From Perkinsus olseni (Eukaryota): a DNA stretch of 64,000 nucleotides. The stretch is from NCBI GenBank assembly GCA_013115125.1, contig JABANN010000014.1, positions 62,001-126,000 of the forward strand. The letters are read 5' to 3'. A program made the position numbers and the translations under genes. Positions 38,687 to 52,399 of the stretch are shown here, in pieces. Every line of letters starts with the position of its first letter. Position 1 is the first letter of the stretch. The notes under the pieces were generated by a model, which made no database searches, was not told the origin of the DNA, and saw only the letters and a list, made by a program, of their open reading frames with translations.

Positions 38687-39892
38687 TCAACAGTTCCTCC
38701 CAAAGCACCTCCGGTAGTCTGTCGTCAACCACGTGAAGGGCATCAGACTGAGCGTGTAGAACCCCATGCGGGTTCCTTCACTGCCCACTCTGGACCTGAC
38801 CGACTTCATCAGTTCAATAGCCCCGTTGGGAGCCCACGAGCCAAGCTCGTCGGTCCCGTTAGAGTTCGTACAAGTGCCAGTATTCAACGGATACATACAC
38901 CCGGTAGACCCAAAGTGTCTCGGAGACCACAACATCGCGGTATCATCATCGTACCGCTGCGTGTCTGTCCGAGGTAGCGGAGACTCTCCGGAAGTGCTCG
39001 AGAGAAGGAAATTGGTCATATCCTGGACGTTTCCTCTCCTGGTGAAGAACTCCGAAGAGCTTCCAAAATAAGCTTGAGGGCTGGGCACCCAGAAATCCAG
39101 CAGGAACGAAAGATAGAAGTCCACAGAGGTACCGTACTGGTTCTTCATACCATTCAGTAAACCAAGACCGACCGTCAAGCCCAGTTTTAGGGATCCCTTG
39201 GCAGACGCACCTTGGCTCATGAACGTCGGTAGATCTCTACTGCTGATGCTGATACCGTCAATAACTATGCCGACGATCACTTGAGCTTTAATGAACGCAT
39301 TCCAAGTGGCCGCGAATCTGAAGAGGCAGGCCACCACATTGGGCTGCCCCGTACACACGGCCGACCAGGTACTGTCATTAGGGATAACATTGAGCCAGAC
39401 ACTGGTGCCACTCTTCTGGAGTTGCTGCAGGAAGGACTGGAAGTCCTGCCCTCCTCCAGCGTTGGTAGTCCGACTTACACGCGTGACGTCACCGTCCACC
39501 CAGTTGCGCAGAATGCTGCCAGTTACCGTTAGAACAAGATCGGCTACTCTGACGTTGAGACAGTTGTTGCCCGAGCTGAATGCTGGCAGATGGTCTGTAA
39601 GGAAGGTCCGGGGACCAGAAGCTGACATGCTGGGCCAATCAGAGAAGAGCACGATTTTGGTGGTAACCACGATGGCTCTGCCGCCGCCAGGGCACACGTC
39701 AGGGGAAGGGGTGGTCGTAGGGCCGGTAGGCGATGGTGGCTGCGTGGGCAACTGGGTAGTTAAGCCGCTCCCTGTCGGAGGAGGCCTGATGTTGGGTTGG
39801 ACTCGAGAGTTACACCCCGCAATCGAGAGTACCACACCAAGAACAAAAATGGCGACCACACATGCCCTTACCGAAGACATGATGATGAGCAT
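38687..39892 (-). CDS. Secreted or membrane-anchored protein with Pro/Thr linker and globular domain, single exon, 401 aa
   Basis: Hydrophobic N-terminus ending IAGC, linker PPPTGSGLTTQLPTQPPSPTGPTTTPSP, several Cys pairs. Confidence 0.85.
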   Translation of the reverse strand: MLIIMSSVRACVVAIFVLGVVLSIAGCNSRVQPNIRPPPTGSGLTTQLPTQPPSPTGPTTTPSPDVCPGGGRAIVVTTKIVLFSDWPSMSASGPRTFLTDHLPAFSSGNNCLNVRVADLVLTVTGSILRNWVDGDVTRVSRTTNAGGGQDFQSFLQQLQKSGTSVWLNVIPNDSTWSAVCTGQPNVVACLFRFAATWNAFIKAQVIVGIVIDGISISSRDLPTFMSQGASAKGSLKLGLTVGLGLLNGMKNQYGTSVDFYLSFLLDFWVPSPQAYFGSSSEFFTRRGNVQDMTNFLLSSTSGESPLPRTDTQRYDDDTAMLWSPRHFGSTGCMYPLNTGTCTNSNGTDELGSWAPNGAIELMKSVRSRVGSEGTRMGFYTLSLMPFTWLTTDYRRCFGRNC

Positions 39893-40097
39893 TATACACA
39901 GAAGAACTTGAACAGAGTACTGAATACCATAAAATGCAAACTCTCAGCCGTTCTACGTCCAGGATGATATACTCCCCGACCTCGGGTCGGTAGAGGGCGA
40001 GATTGCACTCTGCCGGAATCGCAGTAGAGGAGACGTCCGGACGAAAATACAGCCAGGCCCCAACAACTCGACACTCGCGATCCTCAGAAAGAACAGT

Positions 40098-43000
40098 TCA
40101 CGTCGAGGTAAGGCAAAATCCACCGCCCGTGTAACGTGGCATGTTGGGGTTAAGCTTCGCCTTCACCTTCTTTTGTCCGCCGGCGGTGGACTTCCCTCGA
40201 GAAGCCGCCTCATTCTGGCTAGACTGTTTCTTCTGCTTGTAGTACTTCTGCATGACCTCTTGTTTCTCTTTTTTCAACCGTCTAATTTCAGCCTGATACC
40301 TGCACGAGCTCTCAATCGGTCAGCCTCTGCAGGTCAGTACTCATCGATGACTCTCTTGTAGTCAGCTAGCTCAGCGTTCATCGCCGTCAGCTGATCATTC
40401 CTGTCCCTAAGATGCCCCTCGTGGATGACCAGCTGCTCCTGCAGCTCAGGACCTGCCCTTGTGGTATCCCGAAGCCTCGCTCATAAGACAGGAATCCCAC
40501 CCGGAATCCTCTCCAACTTGCGCTCCAGCTTCTTGATGTCTTCTTCTTCCCTTCTGACTGTCTCCTTTCTCTCTACAACCTCTTCTGTCCCTACAAAACC
40601 CAAGGGGCTCCGAATCAAACCAGCAGCGGGCTACTCGAGATGAGCCTCCGTTGGAGGTTGCGCATCTTCTCAAGCATGTGGAACATCTCAGGATCCGACC
40701 CCTCCAGTTCCCGCCACCGATGGACCTGAGCAGAATCCCAACCACACGCTGCGGCTGATGCTGTACACCTACATTCATCGGCTTCTCGAGTTCATCACTG
40801 AGGGCCTTCACTTTGGCGCGCTCACCCAGCAACTGCTGCTGCAGCTGGTAGGCCTCGTGCTTGTATCTCAACAACAACAACAACAACCACGCCGATAGGG
40901 CAGTCATTGGTGGCCAGCTAAGACTACTCCTCCATGTTCCCAACACGAGCGCGGAGTCCAGCTAGTTCCGCTTGCAGCTTGCCCAGCTCATCCTTCTTCA
41001 ACGCGATCTCATCGCACAGCTCTTTATAGCGAACTTCGCCAGCCTTGAGTGCTGACTGCAGCAGCAACGGGCCTTCCCTCTGCTGTGAACTCTGGAGAGC
41101 GCGGCTCACCTCGCACAGTTTTATCTTCTCATGAACCTCATCATGCTCGGCCTTCTTCTGTACCAACCGCGTGCACAGCAGCTCCTTGTCCCCGGCCACT
41201 CGGTCGGAGTTCATCTTCTGTTTATGGATCTCCTCCTCAGTCACTGCCCTTGCCTTCTCGAGCTTCGCAATCTCCTCCCGGTAGACCTGCCCCTGCTTCT
41301 TCTACGCACAGGCACATGCAGACCACACCTCTGCAACACTCGCCAAATTCCTCAGCCGCTTCTTGGCCTTCTCGAGCGAGGTCCTGAGCTGCTCAGCCGT
41401 CTTGGTCAGTTCCTGCGTAGCCAAGTGCTTCAGAACTAGCTCCTGATCCTTCTCCTCGATCTCGGCCCGCAGCTGCTTCGTTCGGTGCTCCAAAGCTAGA
41501 AAGAAACATAGACCGAACATCTCTCAAGGCTAGACGCAGTGGCAATGAACAACACTGGTCTGTAGGCAGGGTGAACGCGAGGGCTAGGTTGCCATCACTC
41601 GAGAACTTCCTCTCTATGTCCGCTATCTCCCCCTGCGCCTCGAGCAGGTTCTTGCTGTACCTGAAGATTCCCCCCTAGCGCACTCACCAGGTCGAAGCCC
41701 TACAGGTTCCGATCAGCTCTCACGGCCTCGTAAAGATTCTTCTGTTGCATACACTCAGTCTGAATTGCGGCGATCTCCTCCTTGAGCGCTGCCAGGCGGC
41801 TGTCTCGGTCACGAATGGTCTGTAGTATTCCCAAGTATCTGCCCTCCTGGCATCACCGGCGGCACGGAAGGGGCCAGCAACAAACCGATCATTGGTCTCC
41901 TTCAACTGCCGCATGAATCTATCCCTTTGCATCACCAGGTCATGTAGCCTACCATAAAAAGGTAAGCTGAAAAGGCGGAACCTAGCAGGCTACTGATCTT
42001 CAGTCTGGGCCTTCGCCTGCCTCCACTGTTGCAACTCTCGAAGCATATCATTCGACCTCTGCTCGTTCTGCTTCACCTAGGAAACGAGGTAGTATCGCAG
42101 AGACTACCAAAGAAAATAGCACGCTAATGTTCTCGAATCGCGAGATGATACTGCTCCTGTTAGACAAGCTGTACCATTCGCACAAAGCTAGCTGAACACC
42201 TGCTCGTCTCTACTATATGCAGTAAGAGGGCCTACCAGCGCAATCTCCATGTCCTTGCGGTCCGTTGCTTTATGCATGGCCTTGAAGAGGAGTTCTTTCT
42301 CGTGGGAAAGATCGGACAGCATCTACGATACCCCACCCCATACGGCCAGCTCTACACCTCCGTCCAACGCTCTCACTTTGGCGTCCGCCTCTTCCCTCCG
42401 ACGAACTTTCTCAACCTTATCCGAGAGCTCCTGGACCATCTTGGCCGCCGTTTTCTTCTCTTTCAACAATTCTGCCCGTTCCCGATCATCTTCCTGTCAA
42501 TAGTCGAGAGGAGGAGTCCAAAGTAGTAGAGCAACTGACCTCTTTCTCGGCGCAGAGCTTCTTGTAGATTGCCTCGGCTTTCTCCTTGGCCCTCTCTGCT
42601 TTATTCAACTCCTTCTTCTGCTTCTCTAGCTCCTCCTATGAAGGACAACGAAGGTGCCGCCAGCCCACCGGAGTCAGCCCCATCTCATAATGCCACGGTG
42701 ACCGGCAGCGAGAAGGGCAGTCCTTTCCGGTGATTGGGTGGACCCTTACATTAAGTTCCTTCATATCCTTCTTGAGCTTCTGTTTACGGCGAACCTCAGC
42801 TGCACTTTGCTCTCGCACCCGCCTAATCTCTTCTTGTAGGTTGTTCTGAACACCTCAATGCATGACGAAAGAGTCACCCCTTCAGTCCTCACCTGTATGG
42901 ATTTCTGATACTCCACGTCCCTTGACGAGGCTTTGAGGTCTCGCAGCACTTTCTTGTGCCTGAGGAAGAGTCATCACTCTCGTCCACCATGCACGTGCTG

Positions 43001-44487
43001 CATGTACTCCTCTTGGGTTTCGGCTATCCTATCTAATGTATCGACTGAATCTGACAGAAGTAAGTCTTTCGTCACCGCGCCACGAAATTCGATCGTCCGC
43101 TCGACTACCATCGCCTATGTCCTCAAGAGTCTCCCTGTGGCGTCTCAACTCGGCATCGAGTTGTTCCCTCTGGCGGATGTTGTCCTGAAACTTCGTGAGG
43201 CGTTCCTTGAGCAGATCTGCGGAGACCGAGAAGACATTTTCGATCGGAAGCCAAGCAGCCTCTCACTATCAACACGAGCTCGCTCCTGCCTCTGCTTCTC
43301 GCAGTCCGCCTCCAATGCTTGGCGAGTCTGAACACAAGTTCGATGCATCGATGGGCTACTTCTCATGGAACAAGCATGCCGGTTGAATGCCCGATACACG
43401 CTCCATCTGATGAGATTAATAGTAGGAAGCGACGGGGAACCAGAACCCTCGCTCGTGGAAGGCCGGCAGAGGGACCCGTGAAAAGGGATACGCCTCCTAC
43501 TTCCTCCAACTGCTTCGACTGCGCCTGCAGCTGCTCCACTTGCGCTGCCAGGATGTCTCTGTGTCTGACCAGATCAACCCTCTGCTGAGTGAGGACCTTC
43601 TCTCGAGTTTCGTGGCTAGCCGCTGTCTCAGCGCTCCGCTCCACAAGCTTCGACATATTCGCAACCTCCGCCTGACCAGTGGCATCGCGTGCGGGCCTTC
43701 GTACCAGCACAGCCATACCCTCAAATCCTCGATGGTAGTCCTGGACGTCTGCTCCTTATCACGACTCTCTTCAATGATCTTCCAGGCCTTCTCTATCTCC
43801 TTCTTCAACGCCTTTATAGTCGCCTGGTCTTCCTGTGATTGTCGCAGCGCTCGCTGGACCTGAGGACCGTGAATATCACCAACTCCTTACCGAGAGAAGG
43901 AGATAGATTTCCTCCGTGAGTAATGGACCAGTCAAGAATCTTCACCTTGTAAGCATTCTCCACGATCTCAGTACTGAGCTCCCGGCACTTAGTTATGAGC
44001 ATCTTCTCCGAATCGTGCGACTGCTTCAGCGTATCGTGGAGCCTCTCATACCTCACGACAATACAGTAAACGCACATACCAAATTGTAAGGACATGGATA
44101 TTGAATATTTACGTTATAAAAGAGGAACCTTTCGAGAGGCGAATGCTGCCATCCACTACCGGTCTGTACAGAGAAACTATCAAAATAATTCTGGAAAGTT
44201 TTCTCACTCCAACGTTAGAGGTTTTCACGGAGAGCAACCCCTTTGATGTCAGCGATTTGATGGTGCTTAACCCTAGCCACCAGAGGCTGGCCTCAACGTA
44301 TCGCCTTTCCACCTCTACCGTACTGTTCTCTGAATTCCTTCAACGATTCATCATCCAAAAGTTCCGCCAGAACCTCCTGGAAGTCCTTCTCGAGGGCTTC
44401 GAATGCGGACGCCTCGAAGGCCTCGATATTTTCCATATCGGCAGAGGGCTGTTGTTCTTGGGGGAGCTCCTCCTTCTGTGAGGCCAT
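40098..44487 (-). CDS. CFAP58: Cilia- and flagella-associated protein 58, multi-exon
   Basis: AFEALEKDFQEVLAEL..SLKEFREQYERLHDTLKQSHDSEK; ELEKPMNVHRWRELEGSDP; C-terminal PRYTGGGF. Confidence 0.9.
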
Positions 44488-44761
44488 GATGATTACAAAA
44501 GCACTACAATATCTCCCTTCAATACGGATAGGTCACTGTTGAAACGAGGAGCACCTGTAAGGTCGTCGCATAGAACAGGAAAAGGCAGCTGTCAGGCCTT
44601 CTGCCTCACTGACTTCCTCCCAGGTACCCATGAGAAATTAGAATCACTGTAACGACGGTCCCGGAGCAAGAGATAAGGTAGGTAAGATAGTACTGCTGGA
44701 AACACAGCGATCGACGTGTGGTGACAGTGTGATGGTAACAGGAGAAAGCAGTCGGAAACAA

Positions 44762-46323
<1,562 letters not shown>

Positions 46324-46381
46324 GGTGAGAGGAAAGGGGGCTATGATACAGGAGGAGGAACAACAACTGCACCAATCCAGG

Positions 46382-49300
46382 CTACTGTACAGTGGATGGG
46401 CTAACGCAACTCCTGCCAGTCGCGTGAGACACGGAGTGAGGAAAGGTGTCTTCGTGAGCGTCATGGTTCATACGAGCGACGGCACAGCTCAGGGCCGTCC
46501 TGGTTGGGTTGCTGCGACCTCTCCCGGTGCCCCTTGAGCTGCTTGAGCCTATCCATGACGGATTAGAGACGAAGCAAGAGGGCACCCCACCGCTGCAGGA
46601 TGCTCCTCCGATGCCTAGCCTTCTCCACTGGCCTCCCTTCAGTAATCGCCTTAGCCTACATGCCGCTGTGAGTGGTTCCAGCACATCCAAGATAGACCCT
46701 TACCTTCTCTAGCAACTCCCGTGCACGCCGATTGCCTTCTTCACAGTACCGCAAGTCTCTCTCCGTGACCGGCTCCTCGCGAGGCCGTATGGGCCCCCTA
46801 CTGTTTCCCACGGCGTGGATCTATTATAGAACCGCAACCCAACGAGAGCGGCCAAGAGGACTGACGCTGGTTTCGACAGAGTCAACGGCTACCCACCACT
46901 CGCAGCAGCCTCCCTTCCCATGACCACATCTTGCAGCCATCACCGCCTACCCCGACAGATATCAGCCTACCCGGATCGGTGAGGACCTTAGGACGATACG
47001 GATTTGGGGAGGTGCCCACTACGAGGGGAGAACACTAGTCACGCTACCTGCACGGACGACACTGCCTCCTCGTGAGCCTTCCAGAGGCGCTCAGACGCGA
47101 TCAGACGTCTGCCTTCGAGAAGCTAACAGCAGCAATGTCGCTTCGTCCCGCCGTAGTAGCCTCCGACTCACAGGTGTTATCTTCCACCCGAGCTGCCTGG
47201 CCTTGGATACTGCTAGCTCCGCCATTTCAAGGCCATCGGACGTCCCCCTCCAATGAGGGTTCCGCTGTCGCTGAGCCATCCTCGCTGGGAACACCGGCAG
47301 ATGCAGCCCTGAGGGGTCTCTCTCAGGACACCTCAGAATTCACCGCGCACCCAACGCTAGTATCTCCTCCGAGTGTATGAAGTGATCGCAATCCCACCAC
47401 CGCACGTAGCCCTCCTCGTCACCAGTAACCAATGACAGGCTGACCCTGCCGCTCCTGTCAGTGTCAGGCGGCTGAGTACCTTCGGGAAGGGAAGCTGTGA
47501 GGGCAAGCGTCAAGGTGCAGGAAGCATAACGCAACCAGTGATCAGAGAACGACGACCACGGCGCCCGTCTACTGAAGAACTTCACGTCCTCGTCGCGACG
47601 TCTGCTGCACTGATCTCCCTCCGCTCCTCCCAACACTCGTCCCTGACCAGAAACGACTCTGATCGAGGCCGATGAGAACCATTCTGACCTCGGAGCCGGA
47701 ACCAACAGGAGCTAGGAAATCCCTCTCCCGCATCGTCGCTGCCGTCCTGGCCCACTGCTCGTAAGGGGTGGAAGCAGTGAACGTACTGAATACCGCGGAG
47801 TAGGGACAAATGGCCAGCCAATCTCAACGCGAACGAACCGGGTAGAGTTTCCGACGCCGGTGAGAATAAAGTCGATGGAAGTGACTGCCGCGGTCTTTCC
47901 CAGGGTCCTCATGTTCATGAACCGGTAAAGGCACTTAAACTGAAAGTCTTCTCGGACCGGTGGGAGGCCCCATAGGGCTACCTGGAGACACCATCGACCC
48001 CTATCAGACATACTGGAGGCATACTGGGGCGGCGCTATGCACGAGGGGCGGCCCGACGTTCAGGGGCCACTAGCATCTCACACACGACCATGACTGAAGC
48101 CTTGAGAGAATTCGATAATTCTCTTCTCTCACATTGCCCAAGGCATCAGCAGTGATCAGCAACGCGAGAGGGTCTAGGAAGCTCAATGCTGTTATCTCTG
48201 ACCGGTGACCCACACAGTGCCTGACGGATCAGCATGCTACTACGCAGCAAAGGACGCCGATACTTACCCCACGAAGCCTAGGCTCTCAAAGGACCTCACG
48301 CTAACTACAGCATCGACGCTTCCAAAGGCCACCAGGTCTCGACCTAGCGAGAAGGCCACCGCTGTCAACGGCTGCAGGTGAAGGTTGGAGGCTGTGCCTG
48401 AGGAGAGATCAAGCTGACGTTGATCTTGGTGGAAGGTAGGTGGGGAAAAGCGGAGTGCCTACGGAGCACGGTCGGATCTCTGCTGACGACACCCTCCCCT
48501 TCGAGTTCCGCGTGCACCTTGACGCAGTTGTTAGAGGAGACAGACAGCAGAGCGCGATCTCCGCATGGACTGTAGCTGAACAGGGACGTGCAGGTCCGCC
48601 GAGGACTACCAGGGAAGATACCCACTATAGGTCGGCGATAGCGTGGGAATGGGGAGAGTAGCTGGAGAGGAGGCATCCTGTGTGGAGGTTGTAGCTGATG
48701 AGGAGGAGAAGTGGGAAGGTCTATGGGGTGGGCATAATAACCGTACGCAGCAATCCCTCCCCTGAAATCACCGATGAAGACCTTGAGACCACGGTCGCCT
48801 AGGCAGAAGCCGGAGACCTGAGCATCGTCGTGCCCAGGGGACGGGGGAGCTAAGGTCACAGTAGCGTGGCTAGCATCGCCCAATACTCATACTTCCGAGG
48901 AGTGTCTTATGACACTGTTGAGGATCGGTGCCGCATCCACGTCGATACGCCACGATCGGACGACAGAATGTGATGCCGTCAGAAGGAGGCCGTGCATCTG
49001 CGAAGACGCAGCTCGCGTGTTGCACCAAGGAGAGGTGAGACGACCACATGAAGCACCCACCGCGAAGACTCGGGCAATGCTGACGACATTCTGTAGCTCT
49101 CCTTCACCCTCCCATCCTGCCAATCGATCAGCTGCATCTGAACGACCACTACTGAAAACGTCGGGCATGGCGGTGACCAATACTGATGCGCTACCGTTAC
49201 ACTATGGTTTCGATGATTACCGCTACGTTGAGGCACCACTTTAGACGGGAGTGCCGAGCGTCCGGCAGTGAAAGCCGCACGTGATGCCTCAGCGAAAAAC

Positions 49301-52280
49301 AAAATCCCTCAGAAAGATACGTACTTTCGCCGTGACCCGCCAGTGCCGTACAGAGGTCGAACACACGGAATTGGCGTGCGCAAGCCACAGCACGGATCAA
49401 CGGGGTGCCGTCAGATCGTGCGGTGCGGATCTGAGGGCTTCAGCTTCTAGAGACTGCGATGTAGGCGATACTAGCTCACCAAGGTGAAATCGTTGAGGAG
49501 AGATATCTCCGGTATGGGCAAGGATTGTAACAATTGGTTGGTGGTTATATCGTGTACTTTAATGCAGGCCAATGAATCCACCGATACGACCCTATGAATA
49601 TCTAAGCAAGTACGCCAACCCAATGTAGAAGCACGCGAGGGGCTGCAGCGGGGCGATATACACGGGCCGATAGCTCCGCGGTGAGCAGCAAGGCGTTAGA
49701 GCAACAAGCAGTAAACCGGCACCGACCATCGAGACCAGGGACGCTCGGGAGGATCTCAACTGCCTGCACGGGGGCTTGGTGGGAGCGTATAGCACTCAAG
49801 GGGTCACTGTAATACGGGTTCCACACCTACAGCGGCTTGCATAAGAATCGAAGAGCCTGAGCCCCGCAGCTGCCCAACTGACCAGGATAGAATAGTCAAA
49901 GCCTCCACTGACGAGGCATACGTTGACTGTATTGCTAAGATTACCACTGAAAGCCATGCAAGTGATGGCTTTGGTGTGACCTGCGAGTACCTGCCTTGAA
50001 GCAGGTGGTCGTCAAGACGACCGTCGATGTCGAACGCCTTACACGCTTTCGGCTACCGGTATGAACGTCCCAGAGAACTATCAACTGGTTGAGACCACAG
50101 CTAGCAATCAGACCTAGGTCCGATAGCTCTACTAAGGAAGTTACCTGAAGGAATACAGTAGCGAAGCCGAGCAACCTTGGGGAAGGGCAAGAGAGGCCCA
50201 CCGCTCTATCTTCATGACCAACACTGGGTCGAGGGGTTGACCGAGGAGTTGGCAGCTGAGGTGACAGTCTGCAGATGAGAATAGAATAAGGCAAAGGCCA
50301 TTACTGCTGGACTCTACACCTTCTAGAACGACCTTCAAGAGGCGGTCCCGTTGAATCGGACGGAACTGCTGTATAGTGCTTCAGTGGAGCCCCTCTCCGA
50401 AGCATCCACTGAGAAAGGAGGTATGTAAGTCCACCCACAATACTATATCAAATCGGATTTTACTCAAAATTACAACGAAAAGTGCGGCCCAGAATCTGAC
50501 TCAGTGACTCGCAACGTGTGTGTAGTCAGCTAGTACGCAGAAATAACGCACTGTATACGAAAGTCAAGAAAGTGTGAAAATCAATCTCGCTCGCTTCAGT
50601 GAGTGAGATCCTCTGGTTGAACCTCTTGCGAGTCGCCAGAGAATGCACCGTAGATGTACCAGCGAACCGTAGCTATGCTCCTCATGCGTGCAGAAGGTGC
50701 GACGCGCTAAAATGATTGACACGTATATTGACGTAGGCAGAGCGCCCGAGGCCGACCGGATTTGTAACGCCCACTCTCTTGCACGCAAACACATAGCGGC
50801 CTTCAGGTGCCTAGCACGATGTGTATCAGTTCGGTCTTGAATCGACCGTAACGTTTGGGGACGTCTGGTAAGAGTGCCTCCTTCCCGGCTGTCCGATTCG
50901 CAACACGAGCTCTCTTCTAAGTGTTGGGCGAGTTTGCGCTAGACCGCGAATTTTCAAGTGTCTCGACTGCTAGTGGGATGCTGCGCACTTCGTGTGTATG
51001 CGTTGAGTTACCAGATCTATAGCCAATCGGCGCGACTGGTAAACACGAATGTCAAAGTATCGCGGCGATTCTCTCGCTCATGGATAAAAATCGGAAGAGT
51101 TGCAGAATGTGATACAGTTTTGTGAACGTGCTGAAATCGACGGTTTCAAATACTTCAATAAGATATTGAGGTTGTCATTAATTTCGAGACGAATTACTCC
51201 TGCATATCTGTACACAAAGTTTCCGGCTCCGAGTTGTTATAGTGTACATATAAAAAATTCCGATGCGACATGGTTTTGTGGAAGGGCTGAACACATGCTT
51301 CGTGTCCGCAGCTCTCAAGAGTGATGATGTCAAAGTACGTTGCTGGTATGCCCAAGGTGACATATCGCAAGGATCTCCGAACCATAGCGATCTTTCGTTC
51401 GGACATGCCTGTAACTTGCCTGTGCGAGGTAAGATCTGTGTTGAACCGACATGAGCGACTGGTTCCCAACTGCTGCTTTCGGAATACTCAAGGTTATCAC
51501 TGGAACCCGCCCGTCGTCCGTGACAACTGCGAAGGACGAATAAACAGGCGGATCTCCCCCAGTAACATGGGCATACTCTTCTGCTGCCCCACAGACTTAT
51601 GCTCAGTATTTCCTCTCTCCTTGATCCTCAATGCTAGAGCATCTGGAGGGCACGGCCGTCATACCATTCATCCACGTCAATCCAGTATCACCTGCCACTC
51701 CCCCAGGAGCGAGCGCCGCGGCAACATCCCAGGCGTAGATACAACCGTCATGGCCAGCAGTGAAGAGAGTTTGCGACGACCGCGACCAACATATGCTCTA
51801 AAGGTTTGAGGCGAGATGATGCTGGGAGGGTGCTCTCGATAACGAGAGCACCATCCCGACTCACCCGCTGAGCTGCCGGAACTAATATCTTACGTCGAAG
51901 GCGAAACCTCGCCCTATCCCCTTGTCCAGCTGAAAACAAAGCCAACGACTTGTACACGTGAAAACAACAAGGATCTCCGGGACATCATGTCCCAGGACTG
52001 ACTACAGTAGTCTCGCGGGGGCGCCTGTACTAGAAACACTCGTGCAACTCACAGTACAGTCAGGATGGACTGCCCTCCCTAACGAGACGCCAAACTTGCC
52101 GACGCGCATCCATCACACAGACACAATGCAGGCCGGATGGAGATGATTGGGGCCCACACCCTCTGAGCAAGGCCCTTCCACTCACTCGAAGTGTTTGATC
52201 GGGCCAGATCACGACAATCGTAGAAGCGGAGCGTCATATCAGAGCCTCCGATGACACTTGTACTCCACTCAGGCAAGTAC
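46382..52280 (-). pseudogene. Large multi-exon WD40 gene (WDR49/EFCAB8-like), interrupted by an insertion, 5' exons not found
   Basis: WD repeats LFTAGHDGCIYAWDV, IASCGLNQLIVLWDV, VWNPYYSDPL, LVTGDEEGYVRWWD; 1.2 kb insert at 50346-51545; no in-frame ATG seen upstream of 52280. Confidence 0.6.
50346..51545. mobile_element. 1.2 kb non-autonomous insertion with AGGCGG target-site duplication
   Basis: AGGCGG at 50340-50345 and 51546-51551; AT-richer than the flanks; removal rejoins WD-gene exon sequence. Confidence 0.7.
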
Positions 52281-52399
52281 CTGCCGCATTGTGGTAACCG
52301 CGATAAAACAACGGTCGCTTATTCCTCCTCAAACAGCCACCGCCAGCGCGTTTTCTATAAACTGATTTCGACGTATTCTTCGGCGGTTCCTTAGCTTTG

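Noticed and set aside
40869..40888. (CAA)n run
   Set aside because: Ordinary intronic microsatellite
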